From the IMG/VR virus record IMGVR_UViG_3300043036_000433, positions 1 through 35,172 of that record: a DNA stretch of 35,172 nt; one strand, 5' to 3'. The notes under the pieces are model-generated. The model was not told where the DNA came from, did no database searches, and was given only the letters and a program-made list of their open reading frames with translations. The translations under genes and the position numbers were made by a program. The stretch is from a virus (Duplodnaviria; Caudoviricetes). Position 1 is the first letter of the stretch, and each line of letters opens with the position of its first letter. This document shows positions 1 through 8,907 of the stretch, piece after piece.

Positions 1-192
1 GATCACACACATATTCGCACAGCTTTCCATTGGGGCACTTACGGCAAATGTGGTACTCTACCACGTCGTTGGGTTGCTCTCAAAGACTTGGACACTGACC
101 ACATTGTGGCAATCTTGGACACTCAATCACAGATTGCCGGTTGGTTGCGTGATGTATTTAATGCAGAGTTGCAGTTTAGGGTCGCAAAATGA
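1..192 (+). CDS. Conserved phage hypothetical protein, 3' part only (truncated by window)
   Basis: Frame 1 is open from base 1 (…FHWGTYGKCGTLPRRWVALKDLDTDHIVAILDTQ…) to TGA 190-192, which overlaps the next ATG (ATGA). Confidence 0.7.
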   Translation, partial: DHTHIRTAFHWGTYGKCGTLPRRWVALKDLDTDHIVAILDTQSQIAGWLRDVFNAELQFRVAK

Positions 193-434
193 AAACAATC
201 TTTAAGTATGTCATAACCCGAAAGCCTGTACAAATGCCTACAGGTGCAGCTATTGTGCACGTAGACTTGCAAGATCAAAGTTACTGCATATGGGCACTGG
301 TAGATACCACTAACCCCCTAGAGCAAAGACAGTTTGATGTTGTAGGAACGGGTTGGGATTACGAAGGTAATATGCACTATATCGGCACTATTCTAGAGAA
401 TGCTTTTGTATGGCATATTGTGGAAATTAAATGA
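189..434 (+). CDS. Small conserved phage hypothetical protein
   Basis: 81 aa, coupled to both neighbours by ATGA-type overlaps; IWALVD…VGTG…YIGT…FVWH pattern is common in phage small proteins. Confidence 0.75.
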   Translation: MKTIFKYVITRKPVQMPTGAAIVHVDLQDQSYCIWALVDTTNPLEQRQFDVVGTGWDYEGNMHYIGTILENAFVWHIVEIK

Positions 435-625
435 ACAAAAGCTATCACGAAATACGACACAGCTGTCGTTTAGTAGACTTTCAATACAAACTAGCAGGTA
501 ACTCAGGTTTGTGGGTTGAAGTCTATCAAGATAAAACCCACAAGTACCACGCACTTTTTCCTAAAAATACTACACTAGTAACTGATTTACCCCTAACCAT
601 TACCAAACATGAAATTACCACATGA
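431..625 (+). CDS. Hypothetical protein
   Basis: 64-aa ORF tightly packed between coupled genes. Confidence 0.55.
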   Translation: MNKSYHEIRHSCRLVDFQYKLAGNSGLWVEVYQDKTHKYHALFPKNTTLVTDLPLTITKHEITT

Positions 626-1514
626 TTTAATTACTGCAATTATAATTGCAGATTCCATTTCGCCGGAAGGCATTCGCATGACAACTATGGAAATTGAGTA
701 TCCCAGATTTATCTTGGCTGAACTCAATACTCATCGTATGCTGTCGAAGAATAGTGCATCCAGCCGAGCCATTCCAGTCAAAGCAATGCATGACCATATT
801 CGTGCCAATACTGCCCAACCAGTTGCTTGGGGCATTAATCGTCCAGGTATGCAGGCTAAAGAATACCTAGACGTTGAAGATACCATGGAAGCAATGATGT
901 TGTGGGAGCAGGCCCGTGACAATGCACTAGAAGTTAGTGCTGCAATGGCTGATATGAACCTGCATAAACAGATTGTTAACCGCATCACAGAGCCTTGGAT
1001 GATGATGAAAACTGTTATTTCAGGAACTGAGTGGAAAAACTTCTTTTGGTTGCGTGCTCATGCAGATGCACAACCTGAGATTCAAGTCTTAGCGCAAAAG
1101 ATGCGTGATGCTGTTATCCAATCAACACCTACCAAGCTAGGACCTGGTGAGTGGCACTTGCCCTATATTCATACAAAACGTAATTCCGCTGGCCGATTAG
1201 TTTACCTAGACCACAGTGGCGAGCCTATGACACTTGTTGATGCACGTGTTGTGTCTGCGTCATGTTGCGCACAAGTTAGTTATCGCAAAAATGATGATTC
1301 GCTTGAAAAGGCCACAAAGATCTTTGATCAACTTATCAAGTCTGTGCCTGCTCATGCTAGCCCTATTGAGCATCAAGCTACACCAATGCAGCCTGGTTTA
1401 GGTTTTGGTGAACTGGGTACAACACATCAAACTCGCAACACAGAATACTGGTCTGGCAATCTTTGTGGTTGGATTCAATTTCGCAAATTGGTACCACAGG
1501 AGGCACAATGGTAG
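609..1514 (+). CDS. thyX: Flavin-dependent thymidylate synthase (ThyX/Thy1)
   Basis: ELNTHRMLSKNSASSRAIP matches the ThyX RHRxxSxxxxSxR signature; LHKQIVNR, W.NFFWLR and HASPIEHQA motifs are typical of phage ThyX. Confidence 0.9.
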   Translation: MKLPHDLITAIIIADSISPEGIRMTTMEIEYPRFILAELNTHRMLSKNSASSRAIPVKAMHDHIRANTAQPVAWGINRPGMQAKEYLDVEDTMEAMMLWEQARDNALEVSAAMADMNLHKQIVNRITEPWMMMKTVISGTEWKNFFWLRAHADAQPEIQVLAQKMRDAVIQSTPTKLGPGEWHLPYIHTKRNSAGRLVYLDHSGEPMTLVDARVVSASCCAQVSYRKNDDSLEKATKIFDQLIKSVPAHASPIEHQATPMQPGLGFGELGTTHQTRNTEYWSGNLCGWIQFRKLVPQEAQW

Positions 1515-1666
1515 ATTCGTGGACAGTTACAATTGAAGAAGATGGTGATGACTTGGTGTTACCGCTTCCACAAGAATTACTAGATCAAGTCGGCTGGCTT
1601 CCAGGCGACACACTTAATTGGCAAACCGAGGATGATGGCTCATGGACCATAACAAAATCTACATGA
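1508..1666 (+). CDS. AbrB/MazE/SpoVT-like small DNA-binding protein
   Basis: MVDSWTVTIEEDGDDLVLPLPQELLDQVGWLPGDTLNW fits a swapped-hairpin fold; ATG 1508 overlaps the end of thyX and is preceded by GGAGG. Confidence 0.7.
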   Translation: MVDSWTVTIEEDGDDLVLPLPQELLDQVGWLPGDTLNWQTEDDGSWTITKST

Positions 1667-1833
1667 ACTTTGAAGATTGGTTTGATGAATTGGAAGGCTT
1701 TAACTCTAGAGCCGACCGATTCTTAGATCAATTACTATTTGTTGAACAAAAGGATCGTGAGCGTTTTGTCAGGCATTGGATGAAAACCGCGTGGGAACAA
1801 GGTCAACGCAGTATGACATGGGAATCACTGTAG
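1663..1833 (+). CDS. Hypothetical protein
   Basis: MNFEDWFDELEGF…; ATGA overlap with the upstream stop; followed by a terminator. Confidence 0.65.
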   Translation: MNFEDWFDELEGFNSRADRFLDQLLFVEQKDRERFVRHWMKTAWEQGQRSMTWESL

Positions 1834-1853
1834 CCACATTACGTAAATAACAT

Positions 1854-1893
1854 AAGCCGATAGGTCCAAAAGATTGGGCTTGTCGGCTTTTTT
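1854..1893 (+). terminator. Rho-independent terminator overlapping the next promoter
   Basis: AAGCCGATAGGTCCAA/TTGGGCTTGTCGGCTT stem (G-U pairs) plus T-run; TATAAT at 1904-1909. Confidence 0.7.
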
Positions 1894-1942
1894 GTTGTTA
1901 GTATATAATAGGAGCTTGGAAATAACAACTACAAGAAACTCC

Positions 1943-2266
1943 ATGAATACAATAATTTACTCCAGAGACTTTGAGCCTATAACGGTAATTGATTTACCTG
2001 TAGAAGTTTTAGAGTCTGCTGAGCGAACAGGCGGCATAGTCCTAGCCTTAAAAAATGCCAATGAACCAACTAGTGAACGCAGATATGTTACCTTAGAATG
2101 TTTAAAACTTAAGTGGTGGGATTCAACAGTGAAAACTGTATTTGTTACTGAAGATGAAGAATTAGCTATGCTCTTAAAGCCTGAGTGGCTTGTGGGACAA
2201 AAAGCTGTAGTAGGTGCGTATCAGCGAACTCTACAAGTGTTAACCACAAAACTAAAAGGTTTATAA
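1943..2266 (+). CDS. Hypothetical protein
   Basis: MNTIIYSRDFEPITVIDLP…; ATG 1943 lies downstream of the promoter, so it is preferred over the longer TTG start. Confidence 0.7.
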   Translation: MNTIIYSRDFEPITVIDLPVEVLESAERTGGIVLALKNANEPTSERRYVTLECLKLKWWDSTVKTVFVTEDEELAMLLKPEWLVGQKAVVGAYQRTLQVLTTKLKGL

Positions 2267-2274
2267 ATTTAATC

Positions 2275-2303
2275 TTGAAGTGTGTGGTTTAACATATTAT
2301 AAT
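2275..2303 (+). promoter_or_regulatory. Sigma70-type early promoter
   Basis: TTGAAG-17 bp-TATAAT with AT-rich upstream DNA; AGGAAA RBS before ATG 2326. Confidence 0.75.
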
Positions 2304-2325
2304 AAATCTTTTACAGGAAACGCAA

Positions 2326-2652
2326 ATGCAAAAACCCCCATTCAACCTTGATCGTGAGTTTATTAAATGGTTTTACGAAGATTGGTACCCACAACAGGGT
2401 AGCAATCGCAGCCAAGTTCATGAAGCAAGTGTACAATTTACACCCAATACCGAGACTCGTGACTACTGGATGCGTTTAGCATACAAACAAGGTGCACAAG
2501 CCATGGCAAATGAAACACTAAATATCTTGGGTGATTGGGCCGCTGCTGTGGAGGGCTTAGACCCTGAGATGCTGGAACCTTGTGAGGTCTATGACCGTGC
2601 TCGTGCAAACCTATTTGCTTACTGCGATGAACAATTGGAGCTATTTAAATGA
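2326..2652 (+). CDS. Hypothetical protein
   Basis: 108 aa, RBS, own promoter, coupled to next gene. Confidence 0.75.
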   Translation: MQKPPFNLDREFIKWFYEDWYPQQGSNRSQVHEASVQFTPNTETRDYWMRLAYKQGAQAMANETLNILGDWAAAVEGLDPEMLEPCEVYDRARANLFAYCDEQLELFK

Positions 2653-2918
2653 ACTACAAAGAAATGCTTGATAAGTTTGACTACCTAGAGCGTCAGCTTG
2701 CACATCTAGAAAATGAAAACAAGCATGTCAAAGAACGGCTTGCTCGCTTAGAGTACCCTCAGCTTGCTACAGTTAAGGGTCCGAGTTTTACACCAGGTAC
2801 ACTGCCGGGCGTTGGGCTTAATACTTGGTATTCAACTACTACAGCTGAGCTAAGCGGTACTCAAGGTACTTATAAACCACAACGCAACTACGGTGCAGAA
2901 GGGCAGGAATTCCAATGA
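2649..2918 (+). CDS. Hypothetical protein with N-terminal coiled coil
   Basis: LERQLAHLENENKHVKERLARLE heptads; ATGA overlaps at both ends. Confidence 0.65.
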   Translation: MNYKEMLDKFDYLERQLAHLENENKHVKERLARLEYPQLATVKGPSFTPGTLPGVGLNTWYSTTTAELSGTQGTYKPQRNYGAEGQEFQ

Positions 2919-3550
2919 AAGCTACCATCGGACCTTATAAAAACTGGACAGGACCTTATCAAATTGCTGATATGATTTTTTTCTGGCAAGACAAGTATTC
3001 TGATACCTGTGTATGGGCTGAACGTGCACATAAACTGGGTACTTGGTTGGCACGTGACCGCAACGGTAATGACAGCACATTAATGAAACTGTGCAACTGG
3101 ATTCAATCTAAGCGTGTTCGCAAAATCCATGTGCATATTGACCACTATGATGTTTGGGGCTTGGACTCAACACTAGCATTGATTGCACTGCCCATGTTGA
3201 AACAGCTACAAGCTGCCAAAAACGGTGCGCCTTTTACTGATGATTCAGACGTTCCAGATGAACTTAAGAGCACTAGCGCTCCAGCAAAAGAATCTGAGTA
3301 TGATACTGATGCAAATCATTTCAAGCGCTGGGATTGGATTATGGGTGAAATGATCTGGGCTTTTGAGCAAAAGGTTGACGACAATGCGGATTCGCAATTT
3401 TACGATCATGGTGTAGCCGTTCCTAACGAAGATTTAATGGAAAGCATTAAACGAATGAAAGTTGATCGTGAGGGCCTTGAAGCATGGCAAGCACGTAAGT
3501 CTAACGGCTTCAGACTATTTGGAAAGTATTACGAGAATCTATGGGATTAA
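2915..3550 (+). CDS. Conserved phage hypothetical protein
   Basis: 211 aa; HIDHYDVWGLD.TLA, RWDWIMGEMIWAF and GFRLFGKYYENLWD blocks are typical of a widespread phage family of unknown function. Confidence 0.8.
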   Translation: MKATIGPYKNWTGPYQIADMIFFWQDKYSDTCVWAERAHKLGTWLARDRNGNDSTLMKLCNWIQSKRVRKIHVHIDHYDVWGLDSTLALIALPMLKQLQAAKNGAPFTDDSDVPDELKSTSAPAKESEYDTDANHFKRWDWIMGEMIWAFEQKVDDNADSQFYDHGVAVPNEDLMESIKRMKVDREGLEAWQARKSNGFRLFGKYYENLWD

Positions 3551-3678
3551 TACTTAAACTACTCCAATTGCTATCGCAACCGCCTTATCCAAGCCCTTGT
3601 ACACAGCGTTGCAATCAAGGCAGAACCTGTACTTGTCAACAAATTACTTGGCCCTTTCCAACAGGCCCAAAGCCCTAA
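3541..3678 (+). CDS. Small Cys-rich peptide (45 aa)
   Basis: Not in ORF track; read by hand: MGLILKLLQLLSQPPYPSPCTQRCNQGRTCTCQQITWPFPTGPKP; overlaps the upstream stop; CxxxCNQGRxCxC pattern. Confidence 0.6.
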   Translation: MGLILKLLQLLSQPPYPSPCTQRCNQGRTCTCQQITWPFPTGPKP

Positions 3679-3724
3679 GTGTTGTTTTTTAGCAACAAAT
3701 TCTAAGCCCTTCAAGTCTTTGCAC

Positions 3725-3753
3725 TTGAGGGGCTTTGTTGTTTGTGCTATAAT
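3725..3753 (+). promoter_or_regulatory. Sigma70-type promoter inside a hairpin
   Basis: TTGAGG-17-TATAAT with extended TG; the -35 lies in the right arm of AAGCCCTTCAAG…CTTGAGGGGCTT. Confidence 0.7.
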
Positions 3754-3780
3754 AATCTTATAGAAAAGGAAAAAACCATT

Positions 3781-4230
3781 ATGAAAAAAGGCGAAATGCT
3801 TGGTCATGCACTACACTTAGCTACTAATGCTCATCAAGGTCAATTCGACAAAGGCGGAAGCCCTTATATTTTGCATCCGCTGCGAGTTATGAGTTTTATC
3901 AAGCAAGATGACGAAGAACTGCAATGTATTGCATTGCTACATGATACAATCGAAGATACTCAGCTAACTTATTTTGATCTTGGTGAAGCTGGTATGACAC
4001 TGCGAGTTATTGAAGGTGTTATGGCATTGACCAAACAACGTGGTTATAGCTACGATACTTACAAAGCTCAGGTATTTGCTAACCGCGACGCTATGTTTGT
4101 TAAAATGGCGGATTTGCGGCACAACACTGATATTCGCCGTTTAAAGGGTATTACTGAAAAAGATACTCAACGTATGGCAAAGTATCACCAATTTTACATG
4201 GAAATTAAAGCACGATTGGAAATAGTATGA
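3781..4230 (+). CDS. HD-domain hydrolase, RelA/SpoT-hydrolase (Mesh1-like) family
   Basis: AHQGQFDKGGSPYILHPLRV, ALLHDTIED and VKMADLRHN motifs; AAGGA RBS before ATG 3781. Confidence 0.85.
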   Translation: MKKGEMLGHALHLATNAHQGQFDKGGSPYILHPLRVMSFIKQDDEELQCIALLHDTIEDTQLTYFDLGEAGMTLRVIEGVMALTKQRGYSYDTYKAQVFANRDAMFVKMADLRHNTDIRRLKGITEKDTQRMAKYHQFYMEIKARLEIV

Positions 4231-4463
4231 ACGCACAAATACAAAAACTTTGGACACAGGCTGGCGGGCATTACGACGGCGGTAATCAACATACTTGGCC
4301 GCAATATACAATTGACGATCCCAAAAAGTTTGTTGAGTTGATTGTGCGGGAATGTGGAACCGTAATCAATAGTGAAAATTATCGAGAACATTCTAAAGGT
4401 TGGGATATTGCTATTGAATGGGCAGATGGTATGATTAAACAACATTTTGGAGTTGAACCATGA
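4227..4463 (+). CDS. Hypothetical protein
   Basis: KFVELIVREC…IKQHFGVE pattern common in phage small proteins; coupled overlaps. Confidence 0.7.
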   Translation: MNAQIQKLWTQAGGHYDGGNQHTWPQYTIDDPKKFVELIVRECGTVINSENYREHSKGWDIAIEWADGMIKQHFGVEP

Positions 4464-4651
4464 TTACAAAAGATTATGATACTATGGCACAAGTTGAAAT
4501 GTTTGACCACTACTTGGCGGCAAGCGCTGATGTGGAAGATCGCACCTTGCACGGTCGCGGCTACTCTTATGCAGAGTGCGAGTGGGAAGCTTTTCAAAGT
4601 GGCTGGAATGCGGCTAAGCTATACTTTACAGTTGAGGGTCAGGCACTATGA
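4460..4651 (+). CDS. Hypothetical protein
   Basis: 63 aa, ATGA overlaps at both ends. Confidence 0.65.
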   Translation: MITKDYDTMAQVEMFDHYLAASADVEDRTLHGRGYSYAECEWEAFQSGWNAAKLYFTVEGQAL

Positions 4652-4824
4652 TAACTTACATGCTATTTATCTGGACCACAGTTGCTGCCAGCGGCGACAG
4701 GTTTGTTAATAACACAACTCAAGACTGGCGTCCTACAACAGAGTTTGCCTCGCTAGCCCTCTGTGAAGAAGCTGCCCGTGAACTAAACATACTAACACGC
4801 TATCGTTGCGTTAAAACAAAATGA
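4648..4824 (+). CDS. Small protein (58 aa), hydrophobic N-terminus, two Cys
   Basis: Read by hand: MITYMLFIWTTVAASG…EFASLALCEEAARELNILTRYRCVKTK; ATGA overlaps. Confidence 0.6.
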   Translation: MITYMLFIWTTVAASGDRFVNNTTQDWRPTTEFASLALCEEAARELNILTRYRCVKTK

Positions 4825-4991
4825 ACGTAATCTACAAAAACTCTATCTTAGCTAAAGGTTCTCGTGCACTTGAACTTTGGCAAAACTGGCAAAAAGCCAC
4901 ATCAGACAGAGCCAAAGCACAAAAACAGCTAGACGATCATATGAAAGCCATTGAGAAAACTTACAAGGAGCTACACTATGGAAGAATTTGA
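4821..4991 (+). CDS. Hypothetical protein (56 aa)
   Basis: Read by hand: MNVIYKNSILAKGSRALELWQ…; fills the gap between coupled genes. Confidence 0.6.
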   Translation: MNVIYKNSILAKGSRALELWQNWQKATSDRAKAQKQLDDHMKAIEKTYKELHYGRI

Positions 4992-5208
4992 TCGTTATGA
5001 AGAACACCTAGCCAAGCTAGCAATGCGCCCAGCTAAGGGTACCACGGGTTACCTAATCCGTGTACTAGACGACTTTATGTTCCGTGTGTATCATAGTGAC
5101 AAAACTCACACTGATTACACAATCATGCACTATGACCTGGAAATTACAATCACTGACCCCGATGCCATATTCAACAACTTATCGGAAACACTAGACTACC
5201 TACCATGA
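4978..5208 (+). CDS. Hypothetical protein
   Basis: MEEFDRYEE…FMFRVY…TDY.I.HYDLEITI; AAGGAG RBS upstream of ATG 4978. Confidence 0.7.
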   Translation: MEEFDRYEEHLAKLAMRPAKGTTGYLIRVLDDFMFRVYHSDKTHTDYTIMHYDLEITITDPDAIFNNLSETLDYLP

Positions 5209-5435
5209 ACACATTTGATCTAATCTTAACGCAAAATAATATTAACCCCGGCAACACTAAACATGTGTTAAGTTACATAGAACTTGTCAACCTGCTTCGT
5301 CAAACAGTAGGCCAAGCAGTTTTAGCAACAATGTCGGCACCTACTCAACACCTAAAAACAACCACTTACGACCAACAACTGGTTGAGGCTACCACCTACA
5401 CAATCGTTGATCACATTAAGAATCACTTCGAATGA
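5205..5435 (+). CDS. Hypothetical protein
   Basis: 76 aa, coupled overlaps. Confidence 0.6.
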   Translation: MNTFDLILTQNNINPGNTKHVLSYIELVNLLRQTVGQAVLATMSAPTQHLKTTTYDQQLVEATTYTIVDHIKNHFE

Positions 5436-5734
5436 ACCTAATTGCATATGACTATGTTAAAGCGGCCCACGCTCAAACAATTATAGAAACAAACGCAACT
5501 GAAGTACTCGCAAGTTTAGGGTCAGATGTTGCCTACCTGAACTTAGCGGGGCCTATTAGTCATGCATACTACAAGCTTGTTAAATCACTAATTACACCAG
5601 AACTATGGGACTGGTGTGAATGGTGGATGTATGAGTGTGATTTTGGCACTGAGTATAGAATATTTAAAATCAACCATAAAACTTACATCACCAATGAAAT
5701 TACACTAGAAGAATTTTTATCAATAATTGACTAA
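5432..5734 (+). CDS. Hypothetical protein
   Basis: 100 aa; WCEWWMYECDFG block typical of phage small proteins. Confidence 0.7.
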   Translation: MNLIAYDYVKAAHAQTIIETNATEVLASLGSDVAYLNLAGPISHAYYKLVKSLITPELWDWCEWWMYECDFGTEYRIFKINHKTYITNEITLEEFLSIID

Positions 5735-5775
5735 TGTGTTCCAGCGCACAGACACCACAACAATTTTCTACTATA

Positions 5776-6051
5776 ATGAAACCAAACACCCAATACTACC
5801 TAGACAAACTACAAGAAGAAGCGGCTGAAATCATACAAGCGGTCTCTAAAATCCGCAGGTTTGGGCCAGATAGTCAACACCCACAACGTAATTCAACCAA
5901 CTTGCAAGAACTGGTTGGAGAACTAGAAGATTTCTTAGCCCTAGTTGCGGCACTTGAAGCAGATAAAGTATTTGACCTGTCCAAAAACCAACCCAGAATT
6001 GCCCATAAATTCAAGCAAATCTACAAGCCAGTTGACCCTAAACAGCAGTAG
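5776..6051 (+). CDS. MazG-like NTP pyrophosphohydrolase
   Basis: KLQEEAAEIIQAVSKIRRFG…LVGELEDFLA gives the EExxE/ExxD all-alpha NTP-PPase motif; start uncertain (5734 or 5776). Confidence 0.75.
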   Translation: MKPNTQYYLDKLQEEAAEIIQAVSKIRRFGPDSQHPQRNSTNLQELVGELEDFLALVAALEADKVFDLSKNQPRIAHKFKQIYKPVDPKQQ

Positions 6052-6118
6052 TTTATATAACTCATCGACTTTGTCTAAAGTATCCATACTAACATCTCAA
6101 GCAAAACTAAAAACGCAC

Positions 6119-6147
6119 TTGAATTTCACCAAAAAGTATGATAAAAT
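6119..6147 (+). promoter_or_regulatory. Sigma70-type promoter
   Basis: TTGAAT-17-TAAAAT with TG extension. Confidence 0.65.
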
Positions 6148-6179
6148 ATATGTATAAGTTGAACAAGACAACACTAAAA

Positions 6180-6370
6180 GAGATTTACAAAATCGCACAC
6201 AAGCACGGCGATCAGAACTACCTTCAACAGTTCAGAGCGACGCGCAGCTTGTGTAGCGAGTTTGAATAAATCTCACATTTTATCTAATGATGCAAATAGC
6301 AAAGCTATTTTTATTTTTTGGGTTTTTGTAATTAATTTAAATTAAGGAGCATAATTCTTATGCTCTTTTT
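6180..6370 (+). other. Hairpin-rich, AT-rich non-coding region (small RNA or replication-origin candidate)
   Basis: 95-nt imperfect stem 6180-6274, short hairpin plus T-run 6294-6320, AT tract, and hairpin AAGGAGCATAA/TTATGCTCTTT 6344-6370. Confidence 0.5.
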
Positions 6371-6509
6371 GGTTTATCTGGATTTAACTGGATAACTACA
6401 ACCAACTAAGCTAATTTTCCCACCTTTACGCACTGGGACTCTCTAGCCAAAGTTTACTTATTAGGGTCAGGGTATTTACCCAAAACCAGCTTTTTAGCAA
6501 GGAAAAATC

Positions 6510-7529
6510 GTGTACCACACCACAGTAATCAAAAAAGACTTTAAGTCAATCCCTTTCGATCAGTGCTTAGAAACCTATCGAGATGCAGCAGATATGGCTG
6601 AACAAACAGCCGTTACTGCACTAGAATACGCTCACAAACAGCAGCTTAAAGAAATGGAAAAGCTGTATAATGAGGTTAGTGAAGCTCCGTTTGAGGGTAA
6701 CATGTCGGACAAGTATTCTCAGCCACAACTAAGCCCTGAAAAGCGCTTAGAAATTCGTCGTAAGGCTGGCAACAAAGCTATTTCGGAGATCTTTATTCCC
6801 CGTTATAGTCTAGACAAAATGTGGACTTGGATGATGCCGCAGGTAGTTGCCTACATAGCTCAACTGGCTCCACGTATCAGACCCAATGAACTTGGTACGC
6901 TTGAGGGTCAGGTAGATGGTGTGGAATACATTAAGCAGCACTTCTTTTCAGGTAATCCGTGGATGGAGGGGCTTTACCGATTTTTAATGATTGATACCAA
7001 GGGTTCGTATGTACAACAGCAGTACAAAGGTGATGCCCGTAACTACTGTGCGTTAGTTCCACTAATACCTTATGCTCACAAACTGCACAATAGCCTACCT
7101 TATTCAGTTTGGGGTCGCAAAAACTTGCGTTATGTGGTTAACGAATCCTTAGCCCAAGCTATGGTATGCGAAGTCCCTAAACTGGAAACTGAACGCGTAC
7201 TACAAATCCGCAACCAAGGGTTGATGGTTAAAACAGGTGCTAAAGCTGGTGAGTCCAGAAATCCACTAACCACTTATAAATTGTACTCAATCCAGGATAC
7301 TGAGATTGGTAACATGCCTGAGCTTGCACAAACCATGCTTACGCAGATATGGTGTGCTCACCCCGATAACCGCACCAAATACATGGTCTTAGACCCCGAA
7401 GACTGGGATCGAGTGCCTCCTCCACTTATCAATACTAATGTGTTTCATCACGAAGTAGCCTCTGCAAGTGTTTCCACTCACAAGATTACTGCAATGGCAA
7501 ACGGTAGCTTAGCACCATGGGACTTATAA
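6510..7529 (+). CDS. T5 D2-like protein (replication-associated)
   Basis: YCALVPLIPYAHKLHNSLPYSVW and MLTQIWCAHPDNR…MVLDPEDW resemble T5 D2 as I recall it; GTG start with AAGGA RBS; followed by a D3-like gene as in T5. Confidence 0.65.
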   Translation: MYHTTVIKKDFKSIPFDQCLETYRDAADMAEQTAVTALEYAHKQQLKEMEKLYNEVSEAPFEGNMSDKYSQPQLSPEKRLEIRRKAGNKAISEIFIPRYSLDKMWTWMMPQVVAYIAQLAPRIRPNELGTLEGQVDGVEYIKQHFFSGNPWMEGLYRFLMIDTKGSYVQQQYKGDARNYCALVPLIPYAHKLHNSLPYSVWGRKNLRYVVNESLAQAMVCEVPKLETERVLQIRNQGLMVKTGAKAGESRNPLTTYKLYSIQDTEIGNMPELAQTMLTQIWCAHPDNRTKYMVLDPEDWDRVPPPLINTNVFHHEVASASVSTHKITAMANGSLAPWDL

Positions 7530-7531
7530 CC

Positions 7532-7837
7532 ATGAAATATACCACTGAAAACACTAAAAAATTAGTTGATGACTACTTAATGGGAGTGACCGTGTATGCA
7601 CTAGCTGAAGAGCTCGAGGTGCCAGAGCGATCAATAATTGCCAAGCTCTCCAGCTTAGGTGTGTACCAAAAAAAGCAGTACCTAAACAAACGCGGTGAGG
7701 TGCCAACAAAAAAGTCGGTACACATCGAACGGATCGCGGAATTGCTACAAGTTAACCTTGAATTGCTAGAATCGCTGGAAAAGGTCAATAAGCAGGTGCT
7801 TATTATGATCGAACAGAATTTAGAGTCAAAAACCTGA
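7532..7837 (+). CDS. T5 D3/A2-like HTH DNA-binding protein
   Basis: KYTTE…LAEELEVPERSIIAKLSSLGVYQKK…LESLEKVNK; clearly paralogous to the ORFs at 9049, 10278 and 13460. Confidence 0.7.
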   Translation: MKYTTENTKKLVDDYLMGVTVYALAEELEVPERSIIAKLSSLGVYQKKQYLNKRGEVPTKKSVHIERIAELLQVNLELLESLEKVNKQVLIMIEQNLESKT

Positions 7838-7879
7838 CCCTAAACTGAACCAATCAGCGATAATCGCACTTAAATGCAC

Positions 7880-7916
7880 AAAAGCCCACTAATTCTTATA
7901 TTAGTGGGCTTTTTTT
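7880..7916. terminator. Rho-independent terminator, probably bidirectional
   Basis: AAAAGCCCACTAAT-TCTTAT-ATTAGTGGGCTTTTTTT. Confidence 0.85.
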
Positions 7917-8017
7917 CGTCTTGGTCTGGGTGCCAAAAATTGTCGCACTTGCTCAAGTTTAGGGAACACCGTTAGGCAATTTCTCAAGTTTAGGGTCAGA
8001 GTGTGTAGAAAATACAC

Positions 8018-8054
8018 TTGACACTATATAGGTTTCCCACTTATAATTTGGCGC
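8018..8054 (+). promoter_or_regulatory. Orphan promoter of the 18-bp-spacer/GGCGC class
   Basis: TTGACA-18-TATAAT-TTGGCGC; no gene downstream on +. Confidence 0.6.
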
Positions 8055-8077
8055 AGAACGCGTTTAAATTTTCGACA

Positions 8078-8114
8078 ACAAAAAGCCCACACAGGTGATC
8101 AAACCTGGTGGGCT
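8078..8114 (-). terminator. Rho-independent terminator ending the putative ncRNA
   Basis: Minus strand reads AGCCCACCAGGT-TTGATC-ACCTGTGTGGGCT followed by TTTTGTTG. Confidence 0.75.
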
Positions 8115-8901
8115 AGTTGATTGTCGACACCGCGGATCGGTGTATGGCCTTAACCGTTTGTTACGCAACGTCCGAAAGGACGTCCAGTCCAAGTGTTCAC
8201 GTATATAGTAACAACGATTGCTGACAATTTTATAGTACAGTTTTTTGTTTGGGATAGTTACTGTAATTGTACTCTCCATGTCGCTAGTAGTATCTTGGCA
8301 TGCTCTACACAACAGATGTTACTCCGGTGCTGGGTTTGCAACTTCCCACAACTACATTCCTGGAGTTACCCAGATCTTAATTAGACGATAGCTGTATTTA
8401 TCAGGTTCTTTCCTGTTGATGTGGTGTCAGCCCGTGCCATGGGTGTACATTCCCTGGACTCCATCCTTGACCCTAAACCGCCTTGATTGGGCAGTTTGGG
8501 AGACTGCCGCGAAATCAGACTAGATGATAATTTAGGGTTTCGGTCTTGTTTTAAACTGTACTTGGATTACTGCAGTTTAGGGTCAGACCATCATCAGAAG
8601 GTTACCCGTATTGGTGGGCTGCAACTAGAGAATTCGGTTGCAATCAAGTTGTTATACCACAATAAATGTGGACCTCATAACACCCATAAAACATATAAAT
8701 ACTAGCCCTGCGAAATCTCAAAAGTTCCCTACTACCGAGAAAGGCCTTTCAACTGTGTGCACCAGAGCCTAGCGGGGATTCGCGTCTGCAAGAGAGATAC
8801 CTATGCCTAGTCAAGGCTAGTACTTATATGCTTTGGGCTGTGGCTCGGTTTTCCCCACAATTAAGAACGCATCCGTCAAGTCAGACCGCTGTTCACCCTA
8901 T
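8078..8901 (-). ncRNA. Putative large (~820 nt) structured non-coding RNA
   Basis: Bounded by consensus promoters and a terminator, has no credible ORF, and contains many nested stems including a 16-bp long-range helix with a G-U pair on this strand. Confidence 0.6.
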
Positions 8902-8907
8902 ATATCT

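Noticed and set aside
1508-1833. Toxin-antitoxin pair (AbrB/MazE-like plus next ORF)
   Set aside because: Downstream 56-aa ORF has no MazF, PIN or RelE features; solitary AbrB-like genes are common in phages.
8064-8705. ORFs 8064..8312 (-), 8193..8384 (+) and 8487..8705 (+)
   Set aside because: Non-ATG starts, no RBS, atypical composition, mutually overlapping; base-pairing explains the region better.
8078-8901. tRNA cluster, tmRNA, RNase P RNA or group I/II intron
   Set aside because: I found no T-loop GTTCRA cloverleaf, tmRNA-like ends, RNase P P4 motif, or interrupted host gene; a covariance search is still needed.
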